NCBI GenBank assembly: GCA_002070905.1
Contig: MWEF01000004.1
Span: forward strand, 8,190 to 72,189
Origin: Tenericutes bacterium ADurb.Bin087
Lineage (GTDB): Bacteria; Bacillota_I; Bacilli_A; RFN20; CAG-826
Direction: 5' to 3'
DNA: 64,000 nucleotides
How positions within the stretch are numbered: position 1 is the stretch's first letter; each line of letters begins with the position of its first letter. Below the pieces are notes generated by a model that worked only from the letters and a program-made list of their open reading frames with translations, did not search any database and was not told where the DNA came from. This document shows, in pieces, positions 9,706-18,137 of this stretch. The position numbers and the translations under genes are program-made.

Positions 9706-10587
9706 CTATTTAATACCCGTCATTGTAATGCCTTCGACAAAGTATTTTTGCGCGAAAATATATAGTAGTAATGTCGGAATAAGACCAATAATTGAGGCAG
9801 CCATCATCAGTGGATATGGACTTCCCATTGACGTTTGTGTGCTAACAATTAATAGTTGCATCGTTTTCATGCTAGGAACGCTATTAACGTAAAGTAATGG
9901 CCCCATGTAATCATTATACGCTCCATTAAAGGACAAAATAATTTGCGTGATTATCGCTGGAAATGACAGCGGAAGAATAATTTTAAAAAATATGCCAAAG
10001 CGCGACATACCATCAATTTGGGCCGCTTCTTCTAGTTCTTTTGGTAGTGTTCGAAAATACTGATATAAGAATAACATGGTCATCGCACTACCAAACATAC
10101 CAGGAACGATTAAGGGTAGGGGCGTATTATCCCATTTATAAAAATCTTGGAATAGTAAAAAAGATGGAACCATCGTAACAATGCCAGGAATAACCATCGT
10201 CGTAAGCAATCCATAAAAGACAATATTTTTTCCTTTAAAATTGATTCTAGCAAAAGAATATGCGGCAAGTGCAGAACAAAAAACCCCAACTAAAATCGGC
10301 GGACTTACATATAGTATTGTGTTTAAGAAAGCCCGCCAAACAGGAATACCATTTGCTTCACTTTCAACGAAAAACTTATAATAAGATCCGATATCAATAG
10401 TTTCTCGGGGTAACAACCATTCAAACGATGCTGAGGTTGGATCATTAAAGGAAACACCAAGCGCGTATAAAAATGGAAAGATAAAAAATAATGACGTCAA
10501 AAGGAGCGTTAAATACGCAAAAAACTTGCCAATATAATATGTGGCTTTAAATTGTTTTTTGTGTACAATTGCTTCTTTACGTATCAT
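9706..10587 (-). CDS. CUT1 sugar ABC transporter permease (MalG-like)
   Basis: Six hydrophobic segments and the EAA loop LPKELEEAAQIDGMSRFGIFFKIILPL. Confidence 0.92.
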   Translation of the reverse strand: MIRKEAIVHKKQFKATYYIGKFFAYLTLLLTSLFFIFPFLYALGVSFNDPTSASFEWLLPRETIDIGSYYKFFVESEANGIPVWRAFLNTILYVSPPILVGVFCSALAAYSFARINFKGKNIVFYGLLTTMVIPGIVTMVPSFLLFQDFYKWDNTPLPLIVPGMFGSAMTMLFLYQYFRTLPKELEEAAQIDGMSRFGIFFKIILPLSFPAIITQIILSFNGAYNDYMGPLLYVNSVPSMKTMQLLIVSTQTSMGSPYPLMMAASIIGLIPTLLLYIFAQKYFVEGITMTGIK

Positions 10588-11494
10588 AGTTCACCCATAA
10601 TCTTGATGCAACAAATTGAAATGCTGAAATAATCAATATAAATCCACCAAGAATAATGCCCGCTGCGGAAGCTTCACCCCGGAAATTGTTTGATGTTCGC
10701 AAATAAATAAACCACACGGGTGACATTGCCCACGCTGGGCTCCCCTTGGCGCCAGCCATCGCTTGGAAGCGTGCAAATTCTTGTAGCGTTCCTGAAATAC
10801 CCGTAAGTAAGATATAAAAAATTGTTGGTGATAGTGCTGGTAATGTAATTTTAAAGAACTTTTGAATAAAGGAAGCGCCATCAATGCTCGCCGCCTCATA
10901 AAGTTGCTTGGAAACTGCTTTTAGGGAGGCAAATAGTAATAAAATGGACGTTCCTAATCCAGCCCAAATGCCCATAACCATCATCGAAATCAAAAAATTA
11001 CGATCACTAATAAAGTTAATATCCTCTTTTATCCATCCTAGTGACTTAAGTGTTTGGTTAATAACGCCATACCCTTGAGCATACATCGACTGCCATATGA
11101 AAGTAATGGCGATTGCACCACAAACAGTTGGCACATAATAAATCGACTTGAAAATAATTGAAAATTTTGGATTTGATACGAGTAAATTTGTTAAAATCGT
11201 AGCGATGAAGACGCCGAAAGGAACAGCTAAGCAAGTTATAAGCACGTTAATCATCCCTTGCATAAATAATGGTTCATTTAACACGTTCAAATAATTGTCA
11301 AAGCCAATAAACTGCATTCCTTGTGTTGTTGCTTTAGTGTCGGTAAAAGAAATGACAAATGCATACACAAGCGGAAATGCTAAAAAAAGCAAAACACCGA
11401 TTAGCAAAGGTGCAACAAAAAGCCAGCCGACAATTGCTTCTTTAATTGCCTTACTATGTGGGCCATGTTTTTTGAATTTTTCTTTTCTTACCAT
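10577..11494 (-). CDS. CUT1 sugar ABC transporter permease (MalF-like)
   Basis: EAA loop LYEAASIDGASFIQKFFKITLPAL. Overlaps the downstream permease by 11 nt. Confidence 0.92.
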   Translation of the reverse strand: MVRKEKFKKHGPHSKAIKEAIVGWLFVAPLLIGVLLFLAFPLVYAFVISFTDTKATTQGMQFIGFDNYLNVLNEPLFMQGMINVLITCLAVPFGVFIATILTNLLVSNPKFSIIFKSIYYVPTVCGAIAITFIWQSMYAQGYGVINQTLKSLGWIKEDINFISDRNFLISMMVMGIWAGLGTSILLLFASLKAVSKQLYEAASIDGASFIQKFFKITLPALSPTIFYILLTGISGTLQEFARFQAMAGAKGSPAWAMSPVWFIYLRTSNNFRGEASAAGIILGGFILIISAFQFVASRLWVNYDT

Positions 11495-11496
11495 AA

Positions 11497-12966
11497 TTAA
11501 AGGCTCAATTTCTGATTTACTATTGTCCGTACTTCTTCAAGGTACTGATCAACGGTTATTCTTTCGTCTGGATTATCCGCAAATAATTTTTCAGCTTTAA
11601 GATCATAACCTTCTTGCTTCCAAAGTTGGTTACGATGATAACTCCATAAACCGATTGGTTGGAATTCTGCTGCTGCTAAGAAACAAGCAAAATTAGCGGG
11701 CATATTATTTGATTCTCTTTCAATGTAGTCAGGTTGTTCGGCTAATTCAGGATAAACTGGGATTTGAAATCCTGTTGCGCTTAAAAGTTCCTGTCCTTCT
11801 TTTGAAGCAATATATTCAATTAATTTCCACGCTGCTTCTTTATATTGTGAACCTTTAAACATTGAGTAACCAACTGACCCACTCCACGCATTCTTTTCAG
11901 GTGAAACACTATTAGCAGGAACTGGACAAACGTCCCAATCAAAATTCAATTTACGAAATTGTGCTACTTTACTTTTTAAACCAATAAAACACGCTAACAT
12001 TTGGTTTGAGAATAATTTGGACGCATCACTACCCGCACTCCATGATGCTGGTGGTTGTACTTGACAGAACTCATAACCTTCAACGTTGACGTAAGAGCGT
12101 TGCATATACGAAAAGCCTGCTTTAAGCCCAGCAATTGTTTCTGGGTCGGTCGGGAATGATGTGCGATTTTCATTCAAAAAATCACCGCCTGATGACCATA
12201 CAAGCCCTTCTGTAGAAAGTCCGCCAACCCCATACATTGTAATTTGTCCTTTATTATTGACTTGCTTTAATTTAGACCACATTTCAAAAGCATCTTCTAT
12301 GTTCATAATTTCCGTGTTGCTTGGATAATTAATTCCTGCTTTTCTAAACGCTGCTTTATTGTAATACATCACCATTGGACCAATGTCTTTAGGTAACGCT
12401 ATTGTTGTACCAGAATGAGCGCATCGCCCTAAACTAAAATCATACTTATAACGAACAACCGCGGATTCATACATTTCATCAGTAAGGACAAGTTCGCTAT
12501 TTTCAATATACGGATCTAAATCTTCACAAACTTGCAAGGGCGCCCACGGCATAACGTCGCCATCAGGCATCAGAAAGACATCAGCGACATCACTTCCTGT
12601 CAGTCTTGTCGAATATGACCTTTCATAGTCCGATAAAATTGTTAGCGACACATTAATGTTTGGATATCGTATTTTAAATCCCTTTAGCATCGTATTAATG
12701 ACATTCATTTCGACCGCTTGACCATCTCCGTCCCAGTGCACCATGCTGATTGTACATGGAACCCCATTATACTTATTAGCAGGCAAGGCAAAAATATCAT
12801 CATATTTGGTCATTATTTGGGTAATATCATCGGCAGTAACTCCGTCGTCTTCATTATTTTGAACTCCAAATTGAGAATTAATAATTTTGCATGATGGCAA
12901 AAGTAAAGCGAAAGCCGCAACAACAAATAAAGACAATTTTCTCCGTATTTTCAAATGTGTTTTCAT
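11497..12966 (-). CDS. Extracellular sugar-binding lipoprotein of the ABC transporter
   Basis: Lipobox LLLPSC in MKTHLKIRRKLSLFVVAAFALLLPSCKI. Its ~490-aa size and its position as first gene before two CUT1 permeases fit family-1 solute-binding proteins. Confidence 0.85.
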   Translation of the reverse strand: MKTHLKIRRKLSLFVVAAFALLLPSCKIINSQFGVQNNEDDGVTADDITQIMTKYDDIFALPANKYNGVPCTISMVHWDGDGQAVEMNVINTMLKGFKIRYPNINVSLTILSDYERSYSTRLTGSDVADVFLMPDGDVMPWAPLQVCEDLDPYIENSELVLTDEMYESAVVRYKYDFSLGRCAHSGTTIALPKDIGPMVMYYNKAAFRKAGINYPSNTEIMNIEDAFEMWSKLKQVNNKGQITMYGVGGLSTEGLVWSSGGDFLNENRTSFPTDPETIAGLKAGFSYMQRSYVNVEGYEFCQVQPPASWSAGSDASKLFSNQMLACFIGLKSKVAQFRKLNFDWDVCPVPANSVSPEKNAWSGSVGYSMFKGSQYKEAAWKLIEYIASKEGQELLSATGFQIPVYPELAEQPDYIERESNNMPANFACFLAAAEFQPIGLWSYHRNQLWKQEGYDLKAEKLFADNPDERITVDQYLEEVRTIVNQKLSL

Positions 12967-12974
12967 TCAAAATT

Positions 12975-13003
12975 ATTTTAACATTGTAAAATCATTAAGT
13001 AAA
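12975..13003 (-). promoter_or_regulatory. Candidate sigma-A promoter of the 7-gene operon, giving a near-leaderless transcript
   Basis: Minus strand reads TTTACT-17 nt-TGtTAAAAT. Only 8 nt separate the -10 box from the ATG at 12966, with no Shine-Dalgarno. Confidence 0.45.
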
Positions 13004-13159
13004 GATTCACAATAAAGAACATACAAGAAAAGGTAAAAGTGACAAGGTAAAAAACTGAAATAATCATTTTTAATAAAAATGGCCATAAATCGGAAGCATG
13101 GAAACACATGTATTTGTGTATTAATTCCCTTTCGTGTTTGTATTTTAGATGTGTTTTGA

Positions 13160-13168
13160 TGTTATAAT
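13160..13168 (+). promoter_or_regulatory. Extended -10 promoter element for the ATPase operon
   Basis: TGTTATAAT lies about 12 nt upstream of the GAGGAG RBS. Confidence 0.5.
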
Positions 13169-13192
13169 TAAGATGAATTGAGGAGAACTTAC

Positions 13193-14467
13193 ATGGATAA
13201 CGTTGTACCAAAAAAAACAAAGCATGTTAATAATGCTAAAGAAAATGATGTTTTCGTGAGACTTATTGATGTCAACAAAGTCTACGATAAAAACGTACAT
13301 GCCGTTGTTGATTTCAATATGGAAATTAAAAAGAAAGAGTTTGTAGTTTTTGTCGGTCCTTCAGGCTGCGGTAAATCGACAACTCTGCGAATGATTGCTG
13401 GTTTAGAAGATATTACTTCAGGCGAACTCTATATTGATGGCGTGCTAGCAAACAACTTACCTTCTAAAGATCGCGACATCGCTATGGTTTTCCAAAACTA
13501 TGCACTTTACCCAAATATGACCGTTTATGATAACATGGCATTTTCACTAAAAGTTAGACGCTTTCCAAAAGGAGAAATTAAGGAGCGCGTTATAGAAGCT
13601 GCACAAGTCCTTGAACTAGATGACTACCTTCATCGAAGACCAAAGGCACTATCTGGCGGGCAAAGGCAACGGGTCGCATTAGGGCGAGCTTTTGTACGCA
13701 ACGCGCAACTATTCTTGATGGATGAGCCGCTTTCTAACTTAGACGCAAAATTGCGTGTTCAGACACGCAGTGAAATAATCAGACTTCACAAAGAATTAAA
13801 TACAACGACCATCTATGTTACTCACGATCAAACCGAAGCTATGACCATGGCGGATCGTATTGTGGTAATGAAAGGGGGATATGTCCAACAGATTGGCACG
13901 CCTTTAGAAATATATCGTTACCCCGCTAATCGTTTTGTGGCTTCATTCATTGGTTCTCCCGCAATGAACTTTGCAAAAGCTACGTTAAATGGTGATATTC
14001 TCACTTTTGAAAATAATCAAACGATTAAACTCTTACCAAAATATATTAAAATGCACAAGAAATTTTATGAAAATGAATTGGTTCTTCTAAAAGAAGAAAT
14101 GGAACGTTATGATTTACCAGAAGATAAAGAAACTGCCGATTATCATAATTTACTGGAACGGGAACAACAAATTAAAGCAATTTTAAAAGGTGATGCACAT
14201 GAAGTTATTTTCGGTATTCGTCCTGAAGCAATAAAAATGGTTGATTCAAAAGTTAATGATTCAATTGAAGTCGAAGTGAAACTCTCTGAATTACTTGGTG
14301 ACCAATACTACATCCACTTTGATTTTGCGGGGCGGAATATGCTTGCCAAAGTTGAAAGTGAGGACGAAATTAATACTGGCGATAAAATTAATCTTTTGCT
14401 GCAACTAACTAAAGTACATCTCTTTGATGCCCTAACCCATAAGACAATCTATGTAAAAGATGTCTAG
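13193..14467 (+). CDS. msmK: Sugar ABC transporter ATP-binding protein (MsmK/MalK-like) with an insertion in the C-terminal regulatory domain
   Basis: ATG at 13193 lies 7 nt after GAGGAG; the ORF track's TTG at 13178 has no RBS. Motifs: Walker [24 protein letters not shown], Walker [14 protein letters not shown]-loop YVTHDQ. A charged segment [39 protein letters not shown] sits inside the TOBE-like domain. Confidence 0.92.
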   Translation: MDNVVPKKTKHVNNAKENDVFVRLIDVNKVYDKNVHAVVDFNMEIKKKEFVVFVGPSGCGKSTTLRMIAGLEDITSGELYIDGVLANNLPSKDRDIAMVFQNYALYPNMTVYDNMAFSLKVRRFPKGEIKERVIEAAQVLELDDYLHRRPKALSGGQRQRVALGRAFVRNAQLFLMDEPLSNLDAKLRVQTRSEIIRLHKELNTTTIYVTHDQTEAMTMADRIVVMKGGYVQQIGTPLEIYRYPANRFVASFIGSPAMNFAKATLNGDILTFENNQTIKLLPKYIKMHKKFYENELVLLKEEMERYDLPEDKETADYHNLLEREQQIKAILKGDAHEVIFGIRPEAIKMVDSKVNDSIEVEVKLSELLGDQYYIHFDFAGRNMLAKVESEDEINTGDKINLLLQLTKVHLFDALTHKTIYVKDV

Positions 14468-15380
14468 TATTCAGGTAATGAGAAGAAAAAAACGGTTAAA
14501 AACTTATGCGGCTTTAACAAAAGAAAAGGCCGTTACACTTAGTTTGCCGATTAACTATCGGCAACTTTTTAAATTTACATATCGCACAAATTTAACGCTC
14601 ATCTTGAAAATATCAATTATGTTATCATTATTTGCTATTCCTTTTTTAACAGCACTTTTCTTTAGAGGAATTATCACGACTGGAATTGCCAATAACACAA
14701 CTGCTCCACAATTAGCAAAAAACCTAATGGTATTTCAAGGGTGGTATGGTTTTGTTATTCTTTGTGCATTTCTTTTTTTTACGGTTGGTCTTGCTGGTGC
14801 CATCAATGTGATGAAAAAGCATCTTAAAAATGAGGGTGTGATTTTTTTACTTGATTTTAAAGAGGGAATTAGAAAGAACGCATTATCAACCTTATTGCTC
14901 TCACTTTTGTATTTAGGATTTCTAACCACCGCTAATTACGTTTTAAATTTATTTTATTTTGAAAGTAATTTTCCTTTTTACGCTGTATTTTTGGTTATAT
15001 TTATCACATTGTCTGTGCTTATTTACATGATGTGGACGATAGCCATCATGATAAAACAACTTTATCAATGTAGTTTTACGATGTTACTAAAAAGTTCTTT
15101 TGTGATAACTTTTGCCAAACTCCCCTATCTTCTGCTTAGTGTTTTATGTTCAATTTCCCCATTAATTATCGCATGGATTATCGGTTATGTCCCACTTCTT
15201 TTTGCTATACTTCTGCTCTATATCGTTATTGGCTTTGGTAACGCTATTTTAGTGAGTATTATTTTCAATCTCTATCTTTTTGATGAACTTATAAATAAAA
15301 AGCAATTTCCTGACCGCTACCGCGAAGGGCTCTTTTCTGGCGAAGATATTCACCCAATAGATGAAGGATTCCACAAATGA
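14460..15380 (+). CDS. Polytopic membrane protein, possibly a YesL/DUF624-like accessory protein
   Basis: 306 aa with about six hydrophobic helices and no catalytic motif. Overlaps both flanking ATPase genes (8 nt and 4 nt). The family call is weak and recall-based. Confidence 0.45.
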   Translation: MSSIQVMRRKKRLKTYAALTKEKAVTLSLPINYRQLFKFTYRTNLTLILKISIMLSLFAIPFLTALFFRGIITTGIANNTTAPQLAKNLMVFQGWYGFVILCAFLFFTVGLAGAINVMKKHLKNEGVIFLLDFKEGIRKNALSTLLLSLLYLGFLTTANYVLNLFYFESNFPFYAVFLVIFITLSVLIYMMWTIAIMIKQLYQCSFTMLLKSSFVITFAKLPYLLLSVLCSISPLIIAWIIGYVPLLFAILLLYIVIGFGNAILVSIIFNLYLFDELINKKQFPDRYREGLFSGEDIHPIDEGFHK

Positions 15381-16408
15381 TTTTAGAATTAAAAAATATT
15401 AAAGCTAGTTATAGTGACGGATTTATTGCACTCGAAGATATAAACGCCATCATCAAAGAAAAATCGTTCGTTGTTATTTTGGGGAGTTCTGGCAGTGGTA
15501 AGACAACACTTTTTAAAGTGATTACGGGGCTTTTAGATCCAGCGACAGGTTCAGTTACAATTAATGGCAAAGATGTCACCAATCTATTAACTGAATCCCG
15601 CGATATTTCAATGATTTTTCAGAATTTTGTGCTTTATCCACATATGACGATTTACGCTAATGTGTTTATGGGATTAAATGGTTTCAATATTAGTAACAAT
15701 GAGAAAGATCTGCGAGTTAAAAGAATATTAACTGATTTTGGCCTCCGAAATTATTTGAATTTTAAACCACGTCATCTTTCTGATGGTCAAAAACAGAGGG
15801 TAGCAATGTGCAAAGCATTAGTGCGCGAACCATCAATCTTTCTCATGGATGAACCGCTCAGCAACCTTGATCTCCCGCAACGTGTGCGAATTAAGCAGGA
15901 GTTAAAAACTATTTATGAACGGTATAACACTTCTTTTGTCTATATCACTCACGAATTACAAGATGCACTAATGCTCGCCACCGTTGTATGGATTATGGAA
16001 CGAGGAAAAATTATTCAAACAGGCACGATTCAAGAAATTAGAGATAATCCAAAATCACTGAAAGCTTTTAATTTAATCTATGGTGGGGAAATTAATAAAA
16101 CGAAAGCTTGCGTCACACAATCAAAAATCATAGTTTACGATAAGACTTTCAACGTCCCTACTCTTAATATAAGTCCAGGCGATTACACTTTAGCTTTTAC
16201 TTACAAGGATGCATTTATGACTAATGATGGTCCGCTAGAAGGTAAGGTGCTTACACAAAAAATTACACCAAATGGTATTCTTACAACTATTACCCTGAAA
16301 AATGCCGAAGAAATTTCGTTTTATAGTGATGATGAGGAAGAAAATGAATTAAAAGTAGGCGACACAGTTCGCCTACAATTAAAAGTTGATAAATTAAAGT
16401 TTTTTTGA
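15377..16408 (+). CDS. Second, divergent MalK-like ABC ATP-binding protein
   Basis: Walker A GSSGSGKTT, Q-loop MIFQNFVLYPHMT, signature variant LSDGQKQRVAM, Walker [14 protein letters not shown]-loop YITHEL, and a C-terminal TOBE-like beta domain. TGA stop. Confidence 0.88.
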   Translation: MILELKNIKASYSDGFIALEDINAIIKEKSFVVILGSSGSGKTTLFKVITGLLDPATGSVTINGKDVTNLLTESRDISMIFQNFVLYPHMTIYANVFMGLNGFNISNNEKDLRVKRILTDFGLRNYLNFKPRHLSDGQKQRVAMCKALVREPSIFLMDEPLSNLDLPQRVRIKQELKTIYERYNTSFVYITHELQDALMLATVVWIMERGKIIQTGTIQEIRDNPKSLKAFNLIYGGEINKTKACVTQSKIIVYDKTFNVPTLNISPGDYTLAFTYKDAFMTNDGPLEGKVLTQKITPNGILTTITLKNAEEISFYSDDEEENELKVGDTVRLQLKVDKLKFF

Positions 16409-16410
16409 CG

Positions 16411-17895
16411 TTACCTTTTGAAACGGATTAAATTATAAGATAGTTTGGCGAGTTTAAGTTGTATTTTTTCACCATCTAACTTGACAGCATTTTTCTTTTC
16501 ATGAGGTACGATTCGATATGGTTCTGCAAATGAATTATGAGCATTTAAATCATCATCACGAATTTCTTCATGTTTAAATAACACTAAATTATCGAAACCA
16601 TTTAATCCCATTTCAACAGTCACATCTTCTTTAGCGTAATTAACAATTTGAATAACTAATTCTTCTTTATTAACTGTGACAGATTGGGACAAGAGACTTG
16701 CCTCCCCATATTTTGAAGGAAACTTATAATCTTTGATGACAAATGGTTTAAGAACATCACCATTTAAATAGTTACAATAATTGAAATAAGGATACCATAT
16801 GCTATTAAGCAGTAATGGCCCATTATTTTTAGTTAAAATCGGGGCGATTACATTCACTAATTGGGCGATACAAGAAATTTTAACAATATCACAATTATTT
16901 AGTAATGAATTCGTTAACCCGCCAAAGACAAGCAGATCTTTCATTGATTGCTGCTCTTCTAAAATTGGTGGGGCAATTGTATAATCTTTAGGTAATTCTT
17001 TGTTGTTATACCAAATATTATATTCATCAAAACAAACGTAGAGTTCTTTTTTGTAGCGATGTTTAGTTTGAACGTAATTTAATAAACTGCGGAAAGTAGC
17101 TAAATAATCATCCATTGCCAAATGACTAGCAAAGAAATCAGCTTCAGTCGTTGATTCAAAAAAGTATTGATGAACTGAAATATAATCAATATAATCGTAT
17201 AAACCATCAAGCACCTTCATATCCCATTCTGGATACGTTGGCATATCAATCGTAGATGAGCCACAACCAATTAACTTAATTGTCGGGTCTACACTGCGCA
17301 TTTTAATTGCGGCTTCTTTAGCTTTCTCAACATATTTTTCAGCGGAAAGATAACCGATTTGCCACGGGCCATCCATCTCATTACCAAGACCCCAGTATTT
17401 AATCCCATATGGTTCTTTTGCACCATATTTTCGCCGTAACTTAGCGTATTTACTATCATCAGCAGCGTTACAATATTCCACGAGATTACGCGCTGATTCA
17501 GTTGTGCCGGCCCCTAAATTAACAGCCATAAATGGTTGAATATTAAGTTTTTTCGTCCATTTCATGAACTCATCTGTGCCGATTTCATTCGTCTCAATAC
17601 TCCACCATGCTTCTTCTCTTTTTTGCGGCCTTTTTTCTCTTGGACCAATTCCATCTTCCCAAAAATACCCAGACACAAAATTTCCGCCAGGGTATCTAAT
17701 TAAGGAGAGATTGAGTTTTTTCACTTTCTCTAAGACATCTTTACGAAAACCGTCTTCATCGCTTAAAGGATGAGTTGGTTCATATATTCCGCCATAAATT
17801 GCGCGGCCCATATGTTCAATAAACGCGGAATGGAGTGTTTCTGCGGTTTTACCAACAACTTCATTTTTACTGTAGACAAACTTAAATCTTTTCAT
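16411..17895 (-). CDS. abfA: Alpha-L-arabinofuranosidase, GH51, cytoplasmic
   Basis: Motifs YPGGNFVSGYFWEDGIGP, WGLGNEMDGPWQIG (acid/base NE) and VCFDEYNIWY (nucleophile E). No signal peptide. The ATG at 17895 follows AAGGGAAAG, whereas the upstream ATG at 17910 has no RBS. Confidence 0.93.
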   Translation of the reverse strand: MKRFKFVYSKNEVVGKTAETLHSAFIEHMGRAIYGGIYEPTHPLSDEDGFRKDVLEKVKKLNLSLIRYPGGNFVSGYFWEDGIGPREKRPQKREEAWWSIETNEIGTDEFMKWTKKLNIQPFMAVNLGAGTTESARNLVEYCNAADDSKYAKLRRKYGAKEPYGIKYWGLGNEMDGPWQIGYLSAEKYVEKAKEAAIKMRSVDPTIKLIGCGSSTIDMPTYPEWDMKVLDGLYDYIDYISVHQYFFESTTEADFFASHLAMDDYLATFRSLLNYVQTKHRYKKELYVCFDEYNIWYNNKELPKDYTIAPPILEEQQSMKDLLVFGGLTNSLLNNCDIVKISCIAQLVNVIAPILTKNNGPLLLNSIWYPYFNYCNYLNGDVLKPFVIKDYKFPSKYGEASLLSQSVTVNKEELVIQIVNYAKEDVTVEMGLNGFDNLVLFKHEEIRDDDLNAHNSFAEPYRIVPHEKKNAVKLDGEKIQLKLAKLSYNLIRFKR

Positions 17896-18077
17896 TTCTT
17901 TCCCTTTCATTATTGTTTAGTTAAACACATTTCTTCTTTTGCTTTTTTGCCTTCCCAAATAATCGTAGCAGTAATAATCTAAATTAGCAATTAGTATTTA
18001 ATTTTAAATTTAAATATGGAAAATCTTGAATGTAAGACAAATAATGCGGTTTTACAATAATTATTTTTAATGTGTGA

Positions 18078-18106
18078 TTGACAAATTGATGATTTATTAG
18101 TAATCT
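18078..18106 (+). promoter_or_regulatory. Candidate promoter of the 661-aa paralog
   Basis: TTGACA-17 nt-TAATCT, followed by a GGAGG RBS at about 18126. Confidence 0.4.
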
Positions 18107-18137
18107 TAAAGTGGAGTAAAAGAACGGAGGAAAGATA

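Noticed and set aside
12978-13220. An 80-aa ORF in the divergent promoter region, and similarly 17984-18214, 23449-23733, 25062-25325 and 28236-28535.
   Set aside because: These are AT-rich intergenic or promoter/terminator sequence. They have no RBS, an odd composition, and overlap better-supported features.
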